Source: Ferruginibacter sp.
GTDB taxonomy: Bacteria; Bacteroidota; Bacteroidia; Chitinophagales; Chitinophagaceae
Assembly (NCBI GenBank): GCA_041745235.1
Contig: JBGTJG010000144.1
Location: 1 to 48,738, forward strand
DNA: 48,738 bases
Direction: 5' to 3'
The notes beneath the pieces were generated by a model, which saw only the letters and a list, made by a program, of their open reading frames with translations, was not told the origin of the DNA and made no database searches. Made by a program: the position numbers and the translations under genes. This document shows positions 29,941 through 37,879 of the stretch, piece after piece (the first letter of the stretch is position 1; every line of letters starts with the position of its first letter).

Positions 29941-30102
29941 CAGTTATTTAATGGATGCAGTTATGAACAATTGCTACTTAATTAAAATTAAGAATTATAA
30001 ATGAGCCCTAATGCAAGGTTCCAACCCCAACGTTTTTCCGGTTTCGCCAAATATGCTGAACACAATGCCGACTTTATTTCTCTCTCAATACCGACCACAG
30101 GT

Positions 30103-30152
30103 TATTTATTGACTTTTGTCAAGAGCGCCGACCGGAAGCTCCTGTAATTTTG
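30103..30152 (+). promoter_or_regulatory. Second copy of the TTGAC-N4-GTCAA operator (30109-30122) plus -7 element TAATTTTG (30145-30152)
   Basis: Identical 20-mer and spacing to 27169-27218. Confidence 0.75.
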
Positions 30153-30224
30153 TTTTCCAGACCGGAAGACTTGAAGGCCCCCAGAAAAAAGGGACACTAT
30201 TTACGAGAACCAAAACATTGACAA

Positions 30225-31322
30225 ATGAATAAATTAAAATTCACAAAAGACGAGGGCTCGGGGTTTTATAAAGAACTTAAAGAGAAGACCGATCATTATT
30301 TCAATGAAAAAGGTATTCCTAGGACCGGTAATAAGATCATGGTCTTTAAGATCGTGCTGTATTTCGGTTTTGATATACTGTTTTACTGTCTTATGCTTAC
30401 AAGCACAACAGTATTCGGATTTTACATCTTTTATTTACTGATGGGCCTTTCGGTTCTTCTCACGGCTTTTAATGTATCTCACGATGCGGCACACGGCGTT
30501 GCGGTTAAAAGTAAATTTTGGAATAAGCTGTTATTTTCTTTGAGCTTTAATCTTCAGGGCAACAACGCTTACGTATGGGGAAAGAATCACAACGAATCCC
30601 ATCATTTATATACGAATGTAGAAGGCAGCGATATAGATGTGCTGAATAACCCGGCATTTCGCATGACCGAAAGCCAGGAGCTGAAATGGTTTCACCGCTA
30701 CCAATTTATTTATGCTCCTTTTCTTTATTTATTATACTCTGTAAACTGGTTTTTTTTCAGGGAAACACTGATGCTGTTTAATTATTCGAGCAGAACAATA
30801 AAAATAGCAATTCCAAAAAGCGAAGTGATTAAATTAATCGTTTACAAACTGCTTTACATCGGTTACATGATCATCCTTCCTGTATACCTTTTACCTTTCG
30901 GCTGGTCAACGGTTTTGGTAGCATTCTTTCTGAACCATTTTGTTGTGTCCCTGTTGTTTGTAGGTGTATTGGGTGTGTCCCACTTATCGGATTTTGTACA
31001 GCATCCTGTGCCTAACGAAGAAAATAAGCTGAACATGAGCTGGCCTAAACTGCAGATGTGTACGTCTGTTGATTACAATGCAGACAGTAGATTTTTCAAT
31101 TGGACTTTAGGGGGTTTTAATGCGCATGCCTTACATCATTTGCTGCCTAACATTTGCCACGTTCACTATTTGGGAATTCTCCCCATCTTTCGTGAATTGG
31201 CTGAGAAACACGGATTGATCTATATGGAAATGCCATATCGAAAATCCTTAGCATCACATTTTCGGTTTTTGAAAGCAATGGGCACACATCAAAAATTTAA
31301 TCCCATTCCTTATGAGAGATAA
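30225..31322 (+). CDS. Membrane fatty acid desaturase family protein 1
   Basis: His boxes HDAAH, HNESHH, HALHH; multiple TM segments. Confidence 0.9.
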   Translation: MNKLKFTKDEGSGFYKELKEKTDHYFNEKGIPRTGNKIMVFKIVLYFGFDILFYCLMLTSTTVFGFYIFYLLMGLSVLLTAFNVSHDAAHGVAVKSKFWNKLLFSLSFNLQGNNAYVWGKNHNESHHLYTNVEGSDIDVLNNPAFRMTESQELKWFHRYQFIYAPFLYLLYSVNWFFFRETLMLFNYSSRTIKIAIPKSEVIKLIVYKLLYIGYMIILPVYLLPFGWSTVLVAFFLNHFVVSLLFVGVLGVSHLSDFVQHPVPNEENKLNMSWPKLQMCTSVDYNADSRFFNWTLGGFNAHALHHLLPNICHVHYLGILPIFRELAEKHGLIYMEMPYRKSLASHFRFLKAMGTHQKFNPIPYER

Positions 31323-32373
31323 GCACATACATATTGCACAGGACAGCGAGTTGCTTAAAACCATTTACCGGCAGGTGAATGAGGAGCTTGTAGTTGATAA
31401 GCAGAGTTTCACTTTGAAGATCTGCACAAAATTTATTTTTTACTTTGCCTTTTCTTTATTCTGCTATGCTGCATTGTATACCGTGACCGGCCCGGTTTAT
31501 TTTATTTTTTGCTTCGTCCTTTATGGTTTCGTATCCCTGCTCTTTGCATTTAATTTTTCGCATGATTTTTCACACAACACTGTATTTAAAAGTAAAAAGT
31601 TAAACAACCTTTGTTTTATAATTATTTACACTTTAGTGGGAGCGCATGGTGAGGCATGGAAACAAAGGCACATCAATTCGCACCACTACGCACCTAATGT
31701 GGAGGACTATGATTCTGATCTGAGTATCTCAAAACTCATAAGGATCATTCCGAATAGTGAGTATGTATGGTATCATCGTTACCAGCACCTTTACGCACCG
31801 CTCGCCTATACAAGCTATTCTCTCTTTTGGATATTTATCAAAGACTTTGTTATTCTCTTTTCAAAAGACGAATACACACCAAAAAAAGGCGTGAGGTATC
31901 ACCTTTCCTTTTGGGTACAAAAATTATTCTATCTCAGCATTATTCTTGTACTGCCGTTATTGTTTTCCGGGCAGGCTTGGTACGTTGTGGCTGCAGGCTT
32001 TTTAATTATGCATTTAAGCCAATCTTTGTTTTTGCTGTTTACATTTTTTATGACACATCATGTGGAATCTACTGCATATCCGACAACTGATAAAAATGGG
32101 TTCATAAATTCTTCCTGGTTGATGAATCAGATAAAAAGTTCAAATGATATGCATCCTTTCAGCGAACCGGCAAACTTTATACTGGGCGGTTTCAACAACC
32201 ATATTGCACATCATTTATTCCCGCACGTACATCATATTCATTACCCCCAACTCAACAGGATACTGTACGGCATTTTGTTGAAGAATGATATCGAACCCAA
32301 TCAGACAACGTATTGGGGAGGGGTGGTTTCGCATTTGAGGTTATTGAAAAGGATGAGTTATGAAGCCTCCTGA
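31312..32373 (+). CDS. Membrane fatty acid desaturase family protein 2
   Basis: His boxes HDFSH, HINSHH, HIAHH; overlaps the first desaturase by 11 nt. Confidence 0.9.
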   Translation: MRDKHIHIAQDSELLKTIYRQVNEELVVDKQSFTLKICTKFIFYFAFSLFCYAALYTVTGPVYFIFCFVLYGFVSLLFAFNFSHDFSHNTVFKSKKLNNLCFIIIYTLVGAHGEAWKQRHINSHHYAPNVEDYDSDLSISKLIRIIPNSEYVWYHRYQHLYAPLAYTSYSLFWIFIKDFVILFSKDEYTPKKGVRYHLSFWVQKLFYLSIILVLPLLFSGQAWYVVAAGFLIMHLSQSLFLLFTFFMTHHVESTAYPTTDKNGFINSSWLMNQIKSSNDMHPFSEPANFILGGFNNHIAHHLFPHVHHIHYPQLNRILYGILLKNDIEPNQTTYWGGVVSHLRLLKRMSYEAS

Positions 32374-32534
32374 AAATGATGTTTCCTGATTTTTTTGCGG
32401 AAAACCATGCCGGCTGCAGGTACTTGCCCAATTTTTATTTTACTTCCGTTGAGCAAATAATGCAGAATTGCATTTTTAAAAGAAATCCTTTTTTGTAATG
32501 AGCTAACAAACAGCGTTTAAGTGGCAGAAAATAA

Positions 32535-32756
32535 TTACAGCCATCTGAAATCATTGTGCTTAAATGCATTGAACCAGTCATTGGGAGCAGGGTTAGTTTG
32601 CTTCCACGGCATGTCTTTTACGCCATATCCTTCAAGCACATGGTATGTTTGACCCAGGCAATTATTTGATATTCCCTGGAAACCCCTCATCTTAGTTTCT
32701 TCAGCACTTCTATCGCCGAGCACAATGAGCACTTCATCGCCTCCTACTATTGTTTC
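32535..32756 (-). pseudogene. Probable 3' remnant of a gene (possible permuted papain-like protein)
   Basis: Open frame begins right after an in-frame TAA (ETIVGGDEVLIVLGDR...ISNNCLGQTYHVLEGYG...PAPNDWF); no convincing start. Confidence 0.4.
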
Positions 32757-32805
32757 TTAAAGTTTTCAATTTGGCAGATTTTAATAATTAAAATCAGATC
32801 ATAAG

Positions 32806-33612
32806 TTATTTCCAAACTACGCAAAACATTTCTGCAGTACCATGAACCTTTGCCAGATTTCCTTCCCAAGTCGTGCCACCCCATGCTCTGTTTAAATCCG
32901 TCCAGGATAAGAATGTTGTTCTGTTATTAGTGACATAATATCCCGTAGCCGTTCGTGCAAATGCCACAACCCAATGGCCAACACCCCAAAAATTTTTGCC
33001 AAATACACCCATATCCATCATGATAATACATGGCAGCCCCATGTCTATATATTTATTTAACTTATCTCTTCCTTTAAACCATGTGTATTTTATGCCGTAT
33101 TTTTTATAGCCATCTAATGCAAAGTTTACCTGGTTCCAATCGGTTCCTATATCGTTTGAAGGAAAGCCGGGAACAGTGATTCTTGGCGGAGCATATTTAT
33201 ACAATTCACTCGCAAAATGGGGGGCATTTTTTTTCCATGCATCTTTTAATCCCGCATTCCACATGGCGGTGGCAACGGCCGCCTGGCCACACGTATTATT
33301 TATATTCGGAAAGTCATGATTTGTGAATTGGAAAATCGTGCGTCCGCCGCCATCCAGAGGATCATCACCTCTTGTCCTTTTTTGGGGTCCTCTTACACCC
33401 GTTACAGGAGCCGGCCCTTTTTTTACATTTTTTTCTATCTTCTTTTTTTCCGCCTCACTTACGGGTTTTGCTTTTTTTGAATATTTTATCTCCTTAAAGG
33501 GCGAACCCTCAATTGTAGGCTCTGTCTGAGCAAAAGAAGAATTTGTTGGCAATTGTAAAATTGCCAATGAAAAAATAATGAATAGAAATTTGCTGAGGTT
33601 TGTTGTTCTCAT
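32806..33612 (-). CDS. Secreted C39-like (papain-fold) cysteine peptidase
   Basis: Signal peptide from ATG 33612; NTCGQAAVA (Cys), GLPCII, GHWVV (His), YYVTN. Confidence 0.75.
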   Translation of the reverse strand: MRTTNLSKFLFIIFSLAILQLPTNSSFAQTEPTIEGSPFKEIKYSKKAKPVSEAEKKKIEKNVKKGPAPVTGVRGPQKRTRGDDPLDGGGRTIFQFTNHDFPNINNTCGQAAVATAMWNAGLKDAWKKNAPHFASELYKYAPPRITVPGFPSNDIGTDWNQVNFALDGYKKYGIKYTWFKGRDKLNKYIDMGLPCIIMMDMGVFGKNFWGVGHWVVAFARTATGYYVTNNRTTFLSWTDLNRAWGGTTWEGNLAKVHGTAEMFCVVWK

Positions 33613-33847
33613 GTTAGTTCGGTTTTGTTGACATATTAAATATAGTTCTTTATTACTCGAAGTTTGAGGCATAAAATTTTAAAAACAATACTTAAAATGC
33701 AGTATATTGAATTAACCCCTATGATGTAACTGTTTTTAAACAGAATTTTGAACTTATTATTGACACACAAATAATAAATAAATTTTTAAGTGCTTTTTAT
33801 GCTAACCCAAAATCTAAACCTTATGAAACGTATCTTGCCCGAAAAAA

Positions 33848-34243
33848 ATGAAAAAATTTCTACTGTCACTGATTATTATATCGGGTTCCGTTATAGTAAA
33901 TGCTCAGCCTGCGAGCGAAAAGTTATTTAAAGAAATGATCTCAAATATGCCAAACTACCAAAGCAGTCCGGGAACAAGCCTTTCCCTGGTCTTTCAGGAG
34001 TTCAGCATGTCTAAACCGGTACAGCGCACATTGGAGTACGGCTACAATAAAGCGTCGGATAAAAGTACAAAAGTTTACAAAGTTATTGCCCGTTTTAGCT
34101 TGTCTACTCAGACTTATAACACTGCTACGGGTAAAAAATATTCTTTCTCAACTAAGGAATACAGAAGGCCTTATGATTTTTATACAGATAAAAATAATCG
34201 TTGGGTTTGTGTTCCTGTGGGTCTCTCCAAGGGTTTTTACTAA
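33848..34243 (+). CDS. Secreted hypothetical protein
   Basis: Signal peptide MKKFLLSLIIISGSVIVNA-Q; no recognised motif. Confidence 0.75.
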   Translation: MKKFLLSLIIISGSVIVNAQPASEKLFKEMISNMPNYQSSPGTSLSLVFQEFSMSKPVQRTLEYGYNKASDKSTKVYKVIARFSLSTQTYNTATGKKYSFSTKEYRRPYDFYTDKNNRWVCVPVGLSKGFY

Positions 34244-34655
34244 AAGAGTCGACAACATACCTGCTGGAAAAATGAAATTTGAATCACTCGCCATGTTGCC
34301 TGGCACACGCAACACGTTAGCCTGTTTATTTTCCCCAAATCAATGCAGCTCTATTTGTCTGTAAATTCTTTTTTATGTTCCCTTATGAAGTTCACCTGTA
34401 CTTGATGTAAGTTTTCCATTTTGTATAAATCATAAAATTCGTCGTCGAACCTGTCTAATGGTTAGCCGTCATTAGATCTGCTAAACCCTTTTATTGTCCC
34501 TGCTTGATGTTGAGTTATTTTGTAGGCTCACGTAAAATAGGTCATGACATTATTTCTAAAAAATACCCCACATTGAAATAAGCCGCTTGATGTTATTCAA
34601 AATGAATTGTTCGTATTAACTTCAATCGGGACTTTTCTGTGACTAAAAAAACCTC

Positions 34656-36674
34656 TCATACCCTCATCCGCTGTATCCTCACCGCATTCAAAATAGCCAG
34701 CAATGCCACACCCACATCTGCAATAACCGCTTCCCATAAACTTGCAATACCACCTGCACCGAGCACAAGCACCAGCACTTTTACTCCCATGGCAAGGGTT
34801 ATATTTTGCCACACGATATTCCTTGTGATCTTGCCTATCTTAATAGCATCTACAATTTTAGATGGTTGGTCATTCTGAATAACAATATCCGCGGTTTCAA
34901 TAGTAGCATCGCTGCCCAGGCCGCCCATCGCTATTCCCGCATCTGCAAGTGCTACAACAGGCGCATCATTTACGCCGTCTCCTGTAAAAGCAATGCGCAT
35001 CCCTTGATCTTTCAGCGCCTGTACTTTCTCTACCTTTCCTTCCGGCAACAGGTCACCGTAAGCATTATCAATTCCCAATACCCCCGCCACTTTAGAAACG
35101 ACAGCTTGCTTATCGCCGGAGAGCATTACGGTTTTAATGTTGAGCTTACGCAGATCATCAATAGCCTGTTTTGCATCTTCTTTTATCTCATCGGCTATGG
35201 TAATATAACCGACATATTTATCATCAATAGCAATTATCACGATCGTATCCACCAACTGTTCTACCTCCGCGGGAAATGCGATTCTGAACTTCTTTAATAA
35301 TTTTACATTGCCCGCCATGATCTGTTTCCCCGCTACAACTCCTTTCAGGCCATGCCCGGATATTTCCTCCACGTTTTCAGCATGCAGATCTTTTGCTGCA
35401 TCGCCGGCATATTCAACTACAGCCTTTGCCACGGGGTGCGTAGAATTGCTTTCCAATGCCGCAGTCAGCTTTACCAATTCATTCTTATCAAAATCTGATG
35501 TAACTATTTCCTGAACTTTAAATACACCCTTGGTAAGTGTACCCGTCTTGTCCATCACCACTGCATTTATTTTCGTCATCACATCCAGGAAATTTCCGCC
35601 TTTAAATAGTATGCCGTTGCGGGAAGCAAGGCCTATGCCGCCGAAATAACCAAGCGGAATAGAAACCACCAATGCACACGGGCAACTGATCACCAGGAAG
35701 ACCAAGGCACGGTAAAACCAATCATTGAAAACATAATCATCAACAATAAAATAAGGTACCACCGCAACAGCCAGCGCCAGCGCAAAAACAATTGGCGTAT
35801 ATACTTTTGCAAAACGGCTGATGAATAATTGTGTCTGTGATTTGCGTGCGGTAGCATCCTGCACCATCTCCAGGATCTTGCTCAGCTTGCTGTCTTTAAA
35901 GAGGGCTTTGACTTTTACTTCCGTGACCTTATCCAGGTTTATCATGCCCGCCAGCACTTGTTCACCTTTGCGCTTTGTATCCGGTTTACTTTCCCCGGTG
36001 AGTGCAGCAGTATTAAAGGAAGCCGTTTCAGAAAGAAGCTCGCCATCAAGGGCCACTTTTTCTCCTGACATTATTTGTATGGTCTCATCGATCTTTATTT
36101 CGGTAGGGTGAATTACTTCTTTTGAGCCGTTTCGTAAAACGGTAACTGCATCCGGCCTTATATCCAGCAAAGCTTTTATGCTTCTTTTAGCCCTGTTCAC
36201 CGCAGCATCCTGGAACCACTCGCCGATGGAATAAAATACCATTACAGCCACACCCTCACTGTAAGAGCCGATGGCAAATGCGCCGATAGTTGCCACACTC
36301 ATTAAAAAAAACTCATTGAAAAAATCAAATCGTTTGGCCTTGCGCCAGGCAAGATTCAATACGCCGTGGCCTGCCAATAAATAAGCAATCATATAAATGA
36401 TCAGGTCGATCGGGAAGGTCGGTTTATAATAAAAAGCGTATTCCAAAACCAGCATTCCTAAGAGAATGGCAAAAGATAGCAGCAGAGGCACATGGGATTT
36501 CCATCCGGGCGCATCACCGCTATTGTGATCATGATCGTCATGGTCAACATGCTGTGATGCTTCGTGGTTGTGATCAGAATGAGATGAGTTTACCGTTCCG
36601 GGTGCGGTTGTTTTCGCCAAAGTTTTTTCGGAAGAATCTTTTTCGTCGGTATCGCAACAATCATGTGCCATCAA
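34656..36674 (-). CDS. cadA: Heavy-metal P1B-type ATPase (ZntA/CadA-like, probably Zn/Cd)
   Basis: TGES, SCPC, DKTGT, HP, GDGVNDAP; Lys in GVKVL and Asp in IADVG typical of P1B-2; N-terminal CC and His-rich tail. Confidence 0.9.
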   Translation of the reverse strand: MMAHDCCDTDEKDSSEKTLAKTTAPGTVNSSHSDHNHEASQHVDHDDHDHNSGDAPGWKSHVPLLLSFAILLGMLVLEYAFYYKPTFPIDLIIYMIAYLLAGHGVLNLAWRKAKRFDFFNEFFLMSVATIGAFAIGSYSEGVAVMVFYSIGEWFQDAAVNRAKRSIKALLDIRPDAVTVLRNGSKEVIHPTEIKIDETIQIMSGEKVALDGELLSETASFNTAALTGESKPDTKRKGEQVLAGMINLDKVTEVKVKALFKDSKLSKILEMVQDATARKSQTQLFISRFAKVYTPIVFALALAVAVVPYFIVDDYVFNDWFYRALVFLVISCPCALVVSIPLGYFGGIGLASRNGILFKGGNFLDVMTKINAVVMDKTGTLTKGVFKVQEIVTSDFDKNELVKLTAALESNSTHPVAKAVVEYAGDAAKDLHAENVEEISGHGLKGVVAGKQIMAGNVKLLKKFRIAFPAEVEQLVDTIVIIAIDDKYVGYITIADEIKEDAKQAIDDLRKLNIKTVMLSGDKQAVVSKVAGVLGIDNAYGDLLPEGKVEKVQALKDQGMRIAFTGDGVNDAPVVALADAGIAMGGLGSDATIETADIVIQNDQPSKIVDAIKIGKITRNIVWQNITLAMGVKVLVLVLGAGGIASLWEAVIADVGVALLAILNAVRIQRMRV

Positions 36675-36680
36675 AACTTT

Positions 36681-37295
36681 TTAAGCAATAAAGAAAGAGA
36701 TAATGCCTGTCACTACTAATGTGATCCCGGTAATAATGCCGGAGTTATGTTCGAGCCGATGCCAGTTTAATTTCAAAACACCTTTGTAGGCAAACCTTAC
36801 CCAGAGCACCATCCCGGTAACAGTAATAATAAGGTACATAGCTGCAATAAAAAGCACAGCGCTCACGCCATGTGCACCCGCAAGTAAAAAATAAGCTTCT
36901 ATTTCCATGCACGGCGATAAGAACATCGCCACTACCAGCGACATGATGATCTTATTTTTAGAGAGAGCCGGTTTAGGACTGTTGTGTAAATGAAAATGGT
37001 GGTGGCGGTGGTGCTGGTAAATGAAAAATAAACCCAGAAGTATCAGAAATACCGGGGCAATGTAATGCGTGAAATATTCCAGCGATGCGGAAAGTTGATA
37101 ACCCAACAGCCCAAGAAGGATACCGATGCTTATTGTGCTCAATGCATGCGCCAGGCCGGATAGGAACGTAACCCGTGTCACTTCCTGCATGCTCCAATTT
37201 TCTTTTCTGCCTATTGCAAGTACCGGCAGCCAATGATTCGGGATCACCGCATGCAACAGGCTCAGTAAAAGGCTTCCGATAAATATGCTGTACAT
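36681..37295 (-). CDS. RcnA/NicO-like His-rich metal permease
   Basis: LLHAVIPNHW, GLAHALST, HHRHHHFHLH loop, LSPCME. Confidence 0.8.
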   Translation of the reverse strand: MYSIFIGSLLLSLLHAVIPNHWLPVLAIGRKENWSMQEVTRVTFLSGLAHALSTISIGILLGLLGYQLSASLEYFTHYIAPVFLILLGLFFIYQHHRHHHFHLHNSPKPALSKNKIIMSLVVAMFLSPCMEIEAYFLLAGAHGVSAVLFIAAMYLIITVTGMVLWVRFAYKGVLKLNWHRLEHNSGIITGITLVVTGIISFFIA

Positions 37296-37317
37296 GCGGG
37301 AGGTGAGTTATGCCAAT

Positions 37318-37351
37318 AAAAAAAGTTGCGGAAGCAATATCCGCAACTTTT
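37318..37351 (-). terminator. Intrinsic terminator-like hairpin 22 nt upstream of the permease start
   Basis: Minus strand AAAAGTTGCGGA-TATTGCT-TCCGCAAC followed by T7. Confidence 0.75.
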
Positions 37352-37372
37352 ATAAATTAAAGGAAATTGATT

Positions 37373-37447
37373 TTAAGAAAAGGCCTGAACCATTCCTAAA
37401 ACGGAAGCAAGCATCATTACACATTTCCAACAGTAAGTTCTTTTCAT
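37373..37447 (-). CDS. Unannotated 24-aa small ORF MKRTYCWKCVMMLASVLGMVQAFS (candidate leader peptide)
   Basis: ATG preceded by A-rich TAAAATCAATAAAA; CxxC motif; below the ORF-track size cutoff. Confidence 0.5.
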   Translation of the reverse strand: MKRTYCWKCVMMLASVLGMVQAFS

Positions 37448-37462
37448 TTTTATTGATTTTAT

Positions 37463-37480
37463 ACATGTAAAAATACATGT
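37463..37480. promoter_or_regulatory. Inverted repeat ACATGTA-N4-TACATGT overlapping a -7-like TATTTTTA (minus strand)
   Basis: Perfect 7-bp inverted repeat 15 nt upstream of the small ORF. Confidence 0.45.
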
Positions 37481-37851
37481 TACAAAGTATTGGTTTTGTT
37501 AATGATTGCCTGCAGGTCAGCAGGTATTTCCATCGGGCGCAAAGGGGGGACATCAGCGCCACCGGTATTGCCAAGAGGTATCACGCCTACAAAAGATTTT
37601 ACACCACCAACGAGCAGCCTGGGTATCTGGCCGATGATCTCTTTGGTGTTTTTCAGTTTGATCCCGAAGCGCAGCATTTTCCAATGAACCGCAGTATGTT
37701 CGGCCGGGTAAGGTTGCCCGAGAATATGTGCCCTCTCCAAATGCCGCCAGCTCTCCCGATAATGCTTATTGCTAAATGCCGTGCGTGCAAGTTCTGATTC
37801 GGCTTTGTAAAAAGGCTTGAGCGCCGAAGGCATGGTTGTAAAGAATTTCAT
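37480..37851 (-). CDS. DUF3703 domain protein
   Basis: WRHLERAHILGQ...HTAVHWKML, PLGNTGGADV. Confidence 0.88.
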   Translation of the reverse strand: MKFFTTMPSALKPFYKAESELARTAFSNKHYRESWRHLERAHILGQPYPAEHTAVHWKMLRFGIKLKNTKEIIGQIPRLLVGGVKSFVGVIPLGNTGGADVPPLRPMEIPADLQAIINKTNTL

Positions 37852-37879
37852 CGCTATCTATTAAATAATGAATCAATTT

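Noticed and set aside
32777..32795. AT-rich palindrome gattttaat-a-attaaaatc
   Set aside because: Plausible by chance in AT-rich DNA; no second copy seen
34352..34425. Short minus-strand ORF MENLHQVQVNFIREHKKEFTDK
   Set aside because: No motif or context supporting translation
37318..37480. NiCo (czcD) riboswitch upstream of the metal permease
   Set aside because: AT-rich leader with no visible four-way junction; an Rfam scan would be needed to exclude it formally
37285..37574. Track ORFs 37285-37470 (+) and 37350-37574 (-)
   Set aside because: Overlap real genes or are antisense; the 24-aa ORF has the better start context
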